A DNA stretch of 64,000 nt, taken from NCBI GenBank assembly GCA_965140415.1, contig OZ223209.1, positions 2,976,001-3,040,000 of the forward strand. The letters run 5' to 3'. Source of the stretch: Myxococcota bacterium. Its GTDB lineage: Bacteria; Myxococcota_A; SURF-8. The position numbers and the translations under genes are program-made. Below the pieces are notes generated by a model. The model saw nothing but the letters and a program-made list of their open reading frames with translations, was not told where the DNA came from and did no database searches. Positions within the stretch are counted from its first letter, which is position 1. Each line of letters starts with the position of its first letter. Of the stretch, positions 28,418 to 38,035 are shown piece by piece.

Positions 28418-31400
28418 TTAGTTGTTATCAGGATTTCGACGCCAAAAACGATGTAAAGCCAATAAAAGCAACAGCATTAGCCAGAATGCGTTTGGGGGTT
28501 GGTTCATTTGCCTGCAACCATCCGAGCCTTTGAAATCGTAATCGCCGCCGGTTCCCGAACTATAGGCACGAAGTTGGAAGGGGACGTAAAGCGCTCGAAT
28601 CGTTTCCGCAGACGGCTTTGCAAGTTGTCTGTTCATATAATACAAGCCGTCCGTGCGCAGCCCCTGCTCGTTGTCGTACCAGTCAAACATGCCTTTCCAT
28701 ACCGCTCCCATCAGATAACCGTCTTTCACGATGATTCGTTCTGAATCGACTTGCGAATGCGCCAAAACGGCATTCCAACTGTTTTCGGCAACGTTTACCT
28801 GATTGCCTATACCCGATCCGTCATATTCTGACTGCGTTCCGAATTCCGCGAGAAAGACAGGTTTCTCTGGGAAACGCTCTCGCAAGGTCTCAATCGCCGT
28901 TAAGCTTTTTGATTCGACTTCATCTTCTGACCAATCCGTCAAGGCTGCCAGGCTGGTAATATCTGCCTTTTCCAGACCGCTGTCGTCGAGGTTTTGCTCA
29001 TCGGCGGCAATGGTTACGCTAAGCAGGCGGCCATCCGGGTAGTGGGCTTGCATGTCGTCTACCAGTGAACCAATAAACGCCTCCGTTCCGTTGTCCCCAG
29101 AAACCGATTCGCATCGAGTACAGAGATTCCATAGAATGATACTCGGCCTGTTGCGACGGGAAAAGATCATTTCCCGCCACATCTGCAAGGCAAGTGGTCG
29201 CTCAAGTTGAGCTTGATAGGCGGCTTGATCCAATCCCCAGGCAGGAATGCCTGAAACCATTGTCAGTCCGAATCGATCTGCCAGTATAGACGTTTGTGGG
29301 TGATTCGGAGCTAGACTGCTATTCATCAGTAATGCCCCGTTTTCTCGAATCAGGGAGAGATCACGTCGCAACTGATTCCAACTCATGCTGCAACCACTTT
29401 CGACACTGTCTTCGACTCTCCCGATGCCTGGAAGAAACGTGATGCTGTCATTGAATTCGAATTGACCGCCCTCGACAACCGTTGCCGTGCGAAAGCCGGT
29501 TTGAATGTAAGCTCGGTCCAAAAGTCCGCCACTTTCCGTGCGGAGATTCACTCTTGCAACATATGTCTCCGGGTCCAAAGGACTCCAGTCTTGAGAACCA
29601 CGAGCAATTGCCTGCATCGAAATGCCGCTTAATTTACCGGCACGAACTTGGATGTCCATCTCGTCATCCAGGCCCATGACCATGTCTTGTACGAGCAGAG
29701 TCGATAACGGAGCGTTTTCCCAGTATCCGTCCGCTCGTTCATCCATTTCAAAGACTTCCACTTCGATCTTGCCGGTAAAGTCGCTGCTCCCAAGTCCCTC
29801 GACAATCGCCTCGACACGTAACGACCCGAAAGGTGATTCCGGAATGACATGCACCGACGCCAACACTGCTCGCTTGTCGCTTGGGAGGTATTCCCAGTAC
29901 AGGTCGTGCATGACTCCGGTATACGCCATGCGTTCGGTGTCAGCAAGATAGGGCAGCATTCCGGCGAAATATCCCGGTTCCGGGTTGTCGACGCGCAAAG
30001 TCAAAACAATGGAGCCTTGGTCTGTCAGAGAAGAGGGGAGGGGTAGTAAAATCGGTGTTGATGCACCTTCATGATGTCCCAGGTACAGGCCGTTGGCCCA
30101 GACATCCACAATGTATCCAGCGGACAGCATTACCAGGCGCACTCGCTTTGCGCCGGTAGGCACGGACACTTCCCGGCGATACCAAACGCCCTCCCAATAC
30201 TTCTCGGCTCCGGAAGGATGTTCGCTTGGTGCAAGACGGTTTTCGACAGAGGGCAGGCTGATCTCTTCCCAGTCCGTATCATCAAATTCGGGAAGAATAG
30301 CTCCTCCCGATTCCGCTGCCAGCAAACGCAGGTTTTCCGCCGTTCTTGCCTGAAAAGTCAACCGGTGATCCAGGCACATGCGGCGTTTCTTCCAAACACC
30401 GGACAAGTTCTGGCGGCTGTAGGTTGAGGAAGCCAAATCAGGCATGACTTCCCCGTTTTGCAAAAGTGCCGCCACGCCATCGACATCCTGTAGCTCAGTG
30501 GAAAGTTCCAACCCTGGTGTGGCCTCGTCTGCAAGCGCCGGAGTGATTTCCAATTCGAAAATCTCATGTTGCACCGAATCGGCCTGTGAGGCAGTTAAAT
30601 GCACCCAATGATGCATTCGCTGAGAAGCAGACGGCTCCTCCGCTTTATTCGCCAGTAAAGAAACCAACCCATGAGCGTTAACCTGGGCGTCGATATCCGA
30701 GCTGGTATCTACCGACCATTCCAAGTCGGTGGGCATACGAAATCCGGCGTCGAATGTCCACTTCTGTCCCTGGCGAGCCATGCTTAATGGCACATTGACC
30801 ATTGGTGCGAAATCCGCCTGACCCGAGAAACGCGCGGTAAGCGGTGTGCGCTCTTCTCCGCTAGCAACTTCAATGAGGTACCCTAAACTGTCTTCTGCGA
30901 CAGGATAGAGCAGGGTGTAATGTCCCTGTTTCAGTAATTCGAGCCGATTTTCAGCTTTGCTGAACGAGTCTCGAACGCCGTATAGTTCCGCCTGTAGAAG
31001 TTGAATTGCTAAATGTGCGCCGTATGCTTTTGCCTTCAGCTTTTCCAGCCTTAATGCCAATTCGTCGGCAAGATCGCGGGATGGCAAGTTCAGCGAAATG
31101 TCATCTGCCATATTCAATAGCGCAAGAATGTCTTCCATCACCACCTGATGAATGTCGGCAATTTCGGACTCGTTTTTGAGATCCAATGCTGTCAGCAAGG
31201 TGTCGATGTTGTCGCTCAATTCTGGAAGAGATTCGCGTTCCGGGAATAGCTTGATGTTCTCGGAAAACAGATCCTGCAATTTCCACAAACTTTCCCCATC
31301 ACCCATCGGGTCCAGTGCCATGCGAATCTTTTCCGCTCCCATCGTCGAGGTGCTATAATTCTGGGGATCTTCCAGCAATTCGGCATAACTGGAAATGGCG

Positions 31401-32956
31401 AACAGGGAGGCCATTCCTTCGATCATCGGATTGCATAATATTCCGGCGATTTCATCAAGCATCGCCGGGGATCGTCCCTCGATAGGTGCCAGGTACATGC
31501 CCAGACCGAGATCGAAATCATTAACGGGGTAGTTATCCCAGAGCCAGACCGGATGTCCTACCAGTTCCCGAAAGCTGATCACCTCGTCCGCCGTGATTTC
31601 AACATCGAATGTTCCCTGTCCCGTCCATCCGATGGGGATGTCTGCCTGGATGTTTTGCAATGCCTGTAGGTAGTCGATTTCGTCCTGGTCGAAACTGCCG
31701 GCGGTTCCCGAGTAAACTGTGGGAACGAACAACAGATTCGTAGCACCCTGTTCGCTTTCCAGCCATGTCGCCAGGTTGTTGACCAGAGTCGCCTGGTTCG
31801 CTCCCGAGGTCGCATTGATCGACACAGAGATGTCATCCATCAATAGGGCGAAATGAGTGATTCCAGCAGATGTCAGTTGGGTTAGCTTTGCAGTTAGCGC
31901 AGAGAAATCATCGGACAATAGGGGGTCGATGTCATTTCCGGGACTGATTCCGTAGATTACATTCACGCCGGACTTGATACCGGCTTGTGCCAATTCTTCG
32001 AAACGAGTCAGTTCGGAATCATCGTACAAATCCCGCCATTGATCGCGGTGCTTCTTGTCGTTCTTCGGTGCGTAGATGTAGGTGTTAAGTCCCCATACTC
32101 CCATCCAGCGTATGATTTCAAGACGTTTTCTATGCGACCACGGGTGCCCGTAATATCCCTCTACAACACCTCCCATGGAGACCTGTTGCGATCGCTTGGG
32201 GTCATAGTTTGTCACAGAAACGATGGGGGACCACTCGCCAGCCTCGCCATTGTAATCGATTCCGCGAACACGATACGACACATCTCCCGCATTGACAGGT
32301 CGGTCGAAAGCTTTTGGATTTGTCGTGTTAAAAAGATGAACAAGTGTTCCATCCGATTCGCTTCGCTCGACTTCATAATGGTGCGCTCCGTCGATTGCAT
32401 CCCAATTCATCTCCAAAATTCCTTCTTTCCCATTAATCGTGGGAGAAGAAATGCTGCCAAGCGACGGTACGGTTTTGGCAAAGACGGAAAGCCGAGCCAC
32501 ACTGACACCGGAACCTTCCAGGACCACACGAAGATACCGGACGCTGTTTAATGTCGTGGTGGGGGTAAGCACTGCACTGGTTGGATCGGAAACGGTCAAG
32601 GAGCTAAGAACGGTTTGTGTGAAACGATCCGGACCACCGCTTAGGGTAACGGTGCGAGCCCAGCGTTCTCCCCAGTCGATTTCCACACGGTCAATTTCCA
32701 AACGAATGTCCCTGCCGTCGCTGGACAGGTCAAGCTCGATCCAGGCGCTATCGCCCTCCGGTGGAGTCCATGCCGTATCGGGATCATCATCGCGCAAAGC
32801 GGTCCGACCTTCAGTCGCTTCCGCCACCAATCCGGCAACATTTGCAACGCCACTGACTTCCAACTTGGAATCGATGGCCAGGTCCAGTTCCGCTTGCGCT
32901 ACGGTGCTCCATAGTAAAATCGTCGAAAATGAAATCAGCAACAAGGCAATTCTCAT
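28418..32956 (-). CDS. Secreted multimodular glycosidase: F5/8-like + FN3 + GH84 beta-N-acetylglucosaminidase + GH2-like module + C-terminal sorting signal
   Basis: Signal AQA|E; GVVEGYYG.PWS, NTYIYAPK.D..HR..WR..Y, FALLMDDI, WDNYPVND (GH84); WYRR, G.HEG..TP, YTG, FLAEFG (GH2-like); tail GSDGCRQ-TM-RR. Start taken at ATG 32956. Confidence 0.82.
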   Translation of the reverse strand: MRIALLLISFSTILLWSTVAQAELDLAIDSKLEVSGVANVAGLVAEATEGRTALRDDDPDTAWTPPEGDSAWIELDLSSDGRDIRLEIDRVEIDWGERWARTVTLSGGPDRFTQTVLSSLTVSDPTSAVLTPTTTLNSVRYLRVVLEGSGVSVARLSVFAKTVPSLGSISSPTINGKEGILEMNWDAIDGAHHYEVERSESDGTLVHLFNTTNPKAFDRPVNAGDVSYRVRGIDYNGEAGEWSPIVSVTNYDPKRSQQVSMGGVVEGYYGHPWSHRKRLEIIRWMGVWGLNTYIYAPKNDKKHRDQWRDLYDDSELTRFEELAQAGIKSGVNVIYGISPGNDIDPLLSDDFSALTAKLTQLTSAGITHFALLMDDISVSINATSGANQATLVNNLATWLESEQGATNLLFVPTVYSGTAGSFDQDEIDYLQALQNIQADIPIGWTGQGTFDVEITADEVISFRELVGHPVWLWDNYPVNDFDLGLGMYLAPIEGRSPAMLDEIAGILCNPMIEGMASLFAISSYAELLEDPQNYSTSTMGAEKIRMALDPMGDGESLWKLQDLFSENIKLFPERESLPELSDNIDTLLTALDLKNESEIADIHQVVMEDILALLNMADDISLNLPSRDLADELALRLEKLKAKAYGAHLAIQLLQAELYGVRDSFSKAENRLELLKQGHYTLLYPVAEDSLGYLIEVASGEERTPLTARFSGQADFAPMVNVPLSMARQGQKWTFDAGFRMPTDLEWSVDTSSDIDAQVNAHGLVSLLANKAEEPSASQRMHHWVHLTASQADSVQHEIFELEITPALADEATPGLELSTELQDVDGVAALLQNGEVMPDLASSTYSRQNLSGVWKKRRMCLDHRLTFQARTAENLRLLAAESGGAILPEFDDTDWEEISLPSVENRLAPSEHPSGAEKYWEGVWYRREVSVPTGAKRVRLVMLSAGYIVDVWANGLYLGHHEGASTPILLPLPSSLTDQGSIVLTLRVDNPEPGYFAGMLPYLADTERMAYTGVMHDLYWEYLPSDKRAVLASVHVIPESPFGSLRVEAIVEGLGSSDFTGKIEVEVFEMDERADGYWENAPLSTLLVQDMVMGLDDEMDIQVRAGKLSGISMQAIARGSQDWSPLDPETYVARVNLRTESGGLLDRAYIQTGFRTATVVEGGQFEFNDSITFLPGIGRVEDSVESGCSMSWNQLRRDLSLIRENGALLMNSSLAPNHPQTSILADRFGLTMVSGIPAWGLDQAAYQAQLERPLALQMWREMIFSRRNRPSIILWNLCTRCESVSGDNGTEAFIGSLVDDMQAHYPDGRLLSVTIAADEQNLDDSGLEKADITSLAALTDWSEDEVESKSLTAIETLRERFPEKPVFLAEFGTQSEYDGSGIGNQVNVAENSWNAVLAHSQVDSERIIVKDGYLMGAVWKGMFDWYDNEQGLRTDGLYYMNRQLAKPSAETIRALYVPFQLRAYSSGTGGDYDFKGSDGCRQMNQPPNAFWLMLLLLLALHRFWRRNPDNN

Positions 32957-33166
32957 TGTACACATTCCTCCGAAACATCTGAAAAATGCTCATCTAAAAG
33001 CATTCAGAATCGTTGCGTCGTAAAAACGCCACTATTATCTATTGAAAATACTTTGAAAACAAGGGAAAAGCGGTATGAGATTTGTATGACAAAGGAGAAA
33101 CCGCGCTTTAAGGACGTAGTAAGATTCTTTACAAGAAGTGCGATGGCCCTGCGCTTGTCGGTAAAA

Positions 33167-33772
33167 CTAGCGTTTTAGCAGTTGGCGTAGCGTTTTTAAA
33201 AGCACCATAAGGTCTGTTGTCATCGATTGCTGTTCGATGTACCGCAAGTTCAATTCCAGCTTTTTCGGTAGAATTTCCTGGATATAGACCGTGCGCACAT
33301 CTTCTGATTGAGCTAGCAACTCACTTTCGTCAATGTATTCCAGAGAAGCAAAATCCGTAATGCCAGGGCGTACCTGTAAAATCGTTCGATATTTCTCTTC
33401 GAATTGACGTACATACTGTTCCACTTCGGGGCGTGGACCGACTAGCGACATCTGCCCTAAGAACACATTGATCAATTGCGGTAGTTCGTTAAGCTTGGAT
33501 CTGCGAAGGTAATGCCCGATTCGGGTTACACTTTGATCCGAAGGCAAACTCAATCCCAGGTCGTTTGGTGGGATATCCGGCTTCATGGTGCGAAACTTGA
33601 ACATGCCGAAGGGATTGAAATCGCGCCCGATTCTCTGATGCGAAAAGAATACCGGACCTCTATCTTCCAATTTGATAAGTAGCGCAATGCCTGCGAAAAG
33701 AGGGGACAATGCACAAAGTCCCGCGAGAGACCCTGCCAAGTCGAAAATCCGTTTGCCGGTTACACGATTCAT
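33167..33772 (-). CDS. Bacterial sugar transferase (polyprenyl-phosphate phosphoglycosyl transferase)
   Basis: KRIFD, GPVFF...RIG....F...KFRTM, T.IG..LR.SKL(N)ELPQL.NV..G.MSLVGPRPE, RPGIT. Confidence 0.88.
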   Translation of the reverse strand: MNRVTGKRIFDLAGSLAGLCALSPLFAGIALLIKLEDRGPVFFSHQRIGRDFNPFGMFKFRTMKPDIPPNDLGLSLPSDQSVTRIGHYLRRSKLNELPQLINVFLGQMSLVGPRPEVEQYVRQFEEKYRTILQVRPGITDFASLEYIDESELLAQSEDVRTVYIQEILPKKLELNLRYIEQQSMTTDLMVLLKTLRQLLKR

Positions 33773-33832
33773 CCTGCTTGAAAAGACTCGCCTTTTATTT
33801 GTCAACTGACGATCCGTGGCAAAATATTATGC

Positions 33833-34702
33833 TTAATTATAGCTTGCCGACACCAGTAACATTCCGCCTACGTTGGTCATGGATTTCGGAATCCAGGACG
33901 CATTGACCATCCCGATCAGGCCGACCCCCCAGGATTCCGAGACTTCCCATTCTCGTCCAACCATCAGGTTGCCCGCCAGACCGCCAAAATCATCGATAAA
34001 CGTACTGCTTTCATCCGCATCGAATACGAAAAGGCTGGAAAGTTCCAGGCTCGCACTCACATAGACATTCGAAGGCATGAAATAATAGGTAAACCCGATG
34101 CCATAGTTTTGAACGTAAATAACGCTGTCGTCTGGGAAAGTATCCCCTGTATTTTTTCCGGAAAGGGTAGGGAGAATGCCGAAGTAGTTGTCGAAGGTCA
34201 AATGGACGGCGATGTTCGGCTCTACAAATCCACCTAGAGCGAAACCGAAAAAGGCCGTGGCAGCATAGCTGTCTACACTTGCAGACGATCCATCCGCGTT
34301 CTCATAATCGACAATCGTGTAACTGAAACCGGGACCGACTAGCAGCCTGAAAAGCAGACCCGTATGCCCGAGATCGATATCATCTACCTGTGCCTCTCCG
34401 GCATCCGAGGATTCAATTTCCAAATCGGAGACTTCCTGTTCCTGATTGATTTCCGAGGGAGTTTCTTCCTCGATTGCGTTTTCAGCATCAACTTGAGGTT
34501 CATCGGTTTGCAAAGTCGTTTCGCCCGATTCCACTGGTGTCGAATCGTCTGATGCCTTACTGTCTGTCACCGGTTGGACTCGTTCAGTTTCAGGTTCGGC
34601 TGTGTTGTCGGCATCTTGGGCATGTGAAGTGACAGGAAAGACCACGAAACACCATAGCAGTGCAACAAACAGCAATTTTCCAAATTTCCGCCGATTCTCC
34701 AT
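33833..34702 (-). CDS. Secreted protein with acidic linker and putative small outer-membrane beta-barrel
   Basis: Signal SHA|Q; alternating strands G.G.TYY.MP.N.Y.S, G.EW.VS..WG.G, terminal SASYN. Confidence 0.65.
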   Translation of the reverse strand: MENRRKFGKLLFVALLWCFVVFPVTSHAQDADNTAEPETERVQPVTDSKASDDSTPVESGETTLQTDEPQVDAENAIEEETPSEINQEQEVSDLEIESSDAGEAQVDDIDLGHTGLLFRLLVGPGFSYTIVDYENADGSSASVDSYAATAFFGFALGGFVEPNIAVHLTFDNYFGILPTLSGKNTGDTFPDDSVIYVQNYGIGFTYYFMPSNVYVSASLELSSLFVFDADESSTFIDDFGGLAGNLMVGREWEVSESWGVGLIGMVNASWIPKSMTNVGGMLLVSASYN

Positions 34703-34953
34703 GTTTTCCCTCGCAGGTTTTCAATCCGTTCATTTTACTTTAATCGGATTTTGATTGAAGTAAAGGAAAAGCCACACCATATCGTTGTTGTTTAAAATCT
34801 TTTAACACCCGATCCGTACATGACATTGCCAATTCGTATCGTTGTATGATAACCTCTTTATATTCGCGTAACATTCAGAACAATCGAATGATGTGCATAC
34901 GAAAATTATTAACAGCGAGTTGCGATCCGGCCGGAATCTGGAGGGAATGAGGT

Positions 34954-36663
34954 ATGCTTAAAAGACTATTGCCGACAATATTCATGCTGTTTGGCATACT
35001 GGCTCCAATGGCTCACGCCAGCACCTATCAAGTGGGCGATATCGCGATAATCGAAGATGAAGGGAATTACATCAACTCTGCTGTAGCCATGCCGAACGTT
35101 TTCCTTTTACGAGCGACCTGTGCCTTTTATCAAGTTCACGCCGATGCTTTCGATGCTGTTTTCGTGTTCAACAGTAACCAGTTAGACATGATTTCCAATA
35201 CGCAGCAAGGCTGGCCAGTCAATTCGCCTTCTCAGGGAATCGGTCGTGGATTTGCTGATCAGAGCGAAACCTTCTGCTCGTTCAATCACCGTCTGCGCCA
35301 AGCTGTCAAGATGGGATCGATCGATACTCTGCCGGACAATACCGATGCACCTTATACCGGAATTCTTTTCTACCCGTTAACGGGAATCGAACTGATGGCA
35401 CACGAGTTCGGTCATCAGTGGCTGGCTGCGATGGATTACGATCTTGGAGACGGCGTTGGCAAGCGTTGCGATTTGCGGGGCTATGAGCCCAGCAGCAGTG
35501 GCAGCGATGGTACTCAGACCGGAAATGAAGATTGTGCCGGTTACAATTCCAACGATTTCAACCAACACTGGAGCTACTACTTTAATTCAGGTTCGTTGAT
35601 GTATGGCAGTTTCATCGAAGAACTGGGAGGTGGCCAATTTCGCATCTATAACGGTGATTACAAGTATGGCCATTTCGACCAGTATGCCATGGGATTGCGG
35701 CTGCCAAAAGACGTTGAACCTTCGTTTCTAATTAAAAAGGACGACATAAGCGGTTCTGCCTCGTTGCCCATTTATTTCGACAGGGAAGCCACACACGAGG
35801 GAGAGAAGCAGGTCATCACGATCGATGATGTCATTCGTGCCATGGGTCCACGTGACCCCGCGTTGGAAACCTGTCACTGGAAAGCGGCGTTTATCATCAT
35901 TCATCCTCCCGGTTTTCCCCCGACCCAGCAACAGATCGACAAGGTAGAGCGATATCGGCAACGCTGGGAAGAGTTTTATTCCTGGGCGACCGATGGCAGA
36001 GGTTCGATGGACACAAGTCTGGATGGTTGCGGCACTGGAACGGCTAGCTGTGTTGGTGAAGTGTCCGAACAATGCGGCGCAGAGGATTGTTCCGAAGGGG
36101 AAACCCGCTGCAATGGAAATGTAACCGTTGCCGTTTGTCATGACGGCGCTTTTCAGGATGTGGAGACCTGTACGAACGGCGATATCTGCCAACAGGGAAT
36201 GTGTATCGCGACCTCCGATGGCGACCAGAATATGACCGATGGCGATACCACGGATGGAGATATGGCTGAAGATGGGGATGTGATAGTCGATGGAGACAAA
36301 CCGGATGGAGACTGGGCGGCAGGTGATACGGATTCTGACGCTATTCCCATCACAGATGGAGATCAAAGCATCGACGGAGATATCATCATCGATGGCGACA
36401 GCAATTCTGGACAGATTTGTACTCCGGGGGAACACATCTGCGACGGTGAAATCTATAAAAAATGTAGTGCGCTTGGGATCGCGTGGCTGACCGAAATGGA
36501 TTGCGTGGCAAACAATTCCACCTGCGACGAAGAAGAGGGGTGCATCAGAGGTTCTTCTTCCGGTTGCAACCAGCCTCTATCCTCGCCGATGGCGACTCTG
36601 TTATTGCTGCTTCTTTCAATGGCTGCGTTTGGCCGGTCTATCAATAAGCGTAAAAGAGGTTAA
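34954..36663 (+). CDS. Secreted putative zinc metalloprotease with Cys-rich/DGD linker and C-terminal sorting signal
   Basis: Signal AHA|S; HEFGHQW, HWS, D.Y.MGL; DGD repeats; tail GSSSGCNQ-TM-KRKRG. Confidence 0.72.
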   Translation: MLKRLLPTIFMLFGILAPMAHASTYQVGDIAIIEDEGNYINSAVAMPNVFLLRATCAFYQVHADAFDAVFVFNSNQLDMISNTQQGWPVNSPSQGIGRGFADQSETFCSFNHRLRQAVKMGSIDTLPDNTDAPYTGILFYPLTGIELMAHEFGHQWLAAMDYDLGDGVGKRCDLRGYEPSSSGSDGTQTGNEDCAGYNSNDFNQHWSYYFNSGSLMYGSFIEELGGGQFRIYNGDYKYGHFDQYAMGLRLPKDVEPSFLIKKDDISGSASLPIYFDREATHEGEKQVITIDDVIRAMGPRDPALETCHWKAAFIIIHPPGFPPTQQQIDKVERYRQRWEEFYSWATDGRGSMDTSLDGCGTGTASCVGEVSEQCGAEDCSEGETRCNGNVTVAVCHDGAFQDVETCTNGDICQQGMCIATSDGDQNMTDGDTTDGDMAEDGDVIVDGDKPDGDWAAGDTDSDAIPITDGDQSIDGDIIIDGDSNSGQICTPGEHICDGEIYKKCSALGIAWLTEMDCVANNSTCDEEEGCIRGSSSGCNQPLSSPMATLLLLLLSMAAFGRSINKRKRG

Positions 36664-37634
36664 ATTCTCCCGGTTTTGCGGTACCAGGAAAAGGTATCTT
36701 TTAATGTCTGTTCGATTGGACGTGGGTTATACCCCAATTCTTCCTTGGCCTTGTTTATGTTTACGTTTCTATAGGTTTGTAAAATTCGGATGTACTGGTG
36801 ATTAATTGGAAATTCCTTTCCCAGAGCATGAGCTATTCGAGACAACCCCCAGCCAAGAAACATGGCAGCGCTTTCCGGGATAACGATTCCTGGCGCACGA
36901 TTGCCGGTAATGTGAGAGATCGTCTGCGCCAGTTCGGACATCGACAGCCACTGCCCGCCAATAAGATACCGTTCCCCGGCTTTTCCATTTTCCATGGCCA
37001 ATAGAATCGCACGGGCTACATCCCGAACGTCTACCCAGTCGAAGCCGCCGGCGACAAGGGCTGGTAATTTCTGTTTGTACAATGCAATTAACAGCTTTTG
37101 CATCATCGAGCCGTTGTAGTCGTATGGTCCTATGATTCCAGTCGGATTCAATATCACCACATCCAATCCGTTGGCGGCGGCCTCAAGCACCAGTCGTTCC
37201 GCCTCCGCTTTGGTGCGCCCATAGGCGGTCGGCTCTGATTCGTCGACAAGAGGGCAGTTCTCGTCGATGATCTGGCCTCGTCGGTCTTCACGAAAGACGC
37301 GGATCGAACTCATATACACGAGGCGTTTGACATCGCACGCGATACAGGCATCCAACACATGCTGGGTGCCTTCGATATTGAGTCGGCGCATCAATGCTTC
37401 ACCACCACCTTTGCTGCCGACCTGTGCGGCCAAGTGAATGACGGTGTCTACTCCTTCAAATGCATTGAGGAGGCTTTGAGGATCTGTCAAATCCGCATGA
37501 ACGGTTTCAACCTGCATCCCAGCCAAGGCGTGCCGCGATCGATGAACGAGAACCCTGGGAACAATGTTACGTTCATGAAGCAGCCGCAGGACATTTCCTC
37601 CCACGAAGCCGGTTGCACCTGTTATTGCAATCAT
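36660..37634 (-). CDS. NAD-dependent epimerase/dehydratase (HpnA/dihydroflavonol reductase-like)
   Basis: TGATGFVG, VIHLAA, N..GT, Y...K (YGRTK), LNPT.I.GP.D, VDVRDVA, GERY..GG. Confidence 0.85.
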   Translation of the reverse strand: MIAITGATGFVGGNVLRLLHERNIVPRVLVHRSRHALAGMQVETVHADLTDPQSLLNAFEGVDTVIHLAAQVGSKGGGEALMRRLNIEGTQHVLDACIACDVKRLVYMSSIRVFREDRRGQIIDENCPLVDESEPTAYGRTKAEAERLVLEAAANGLDVVILNPTGIIGPYDYNGSMMQKLLIALYKQKLPALVAGGFDWVDVRDVARAILLAMENGKAGERYLIGGQWLSMSELAQTISHITGNRAPGIVIPESAAMFLGWGLSRIAHALGKEFPINHQYIRILQTYRNVNINKAKEELGYNPRPIEQTLKDTFSWYRKTGRI

Positions 37635-38035
37635 ACTCAGTTCCTTGTCGTTATCTAAATTTCACTATCCACCACAGCGTTTGTACAGCCAAGCCGGATG
37701 ATGTCGCTTGATTGTACTTATCTGCAAGAAATCATGCCAATATTATTCAATCAACTTCGACTATTTAAAACGAATTGAAATCGTTTCGGCCAATTATGGG
37801 CAATTTTCGAATAAACAGCGATATGATGTCTGAAAATTAAAAGTGTCAACCATTTGAAAAAAGCCGTCGATGCGCCTTTATAACCTCGTTCATGATTCCC
37901 ACCCAACGCTATAGTGTATTGATTCTACAAGGGAATCATTGACGAATAAGGACTGGCATGTTAGAAAATAAGAGCCGTGTGTGTAACAACGCCTTACGAA
38001 ATTATGCTGACTTGATGATGCTATGGAGAAAAACG

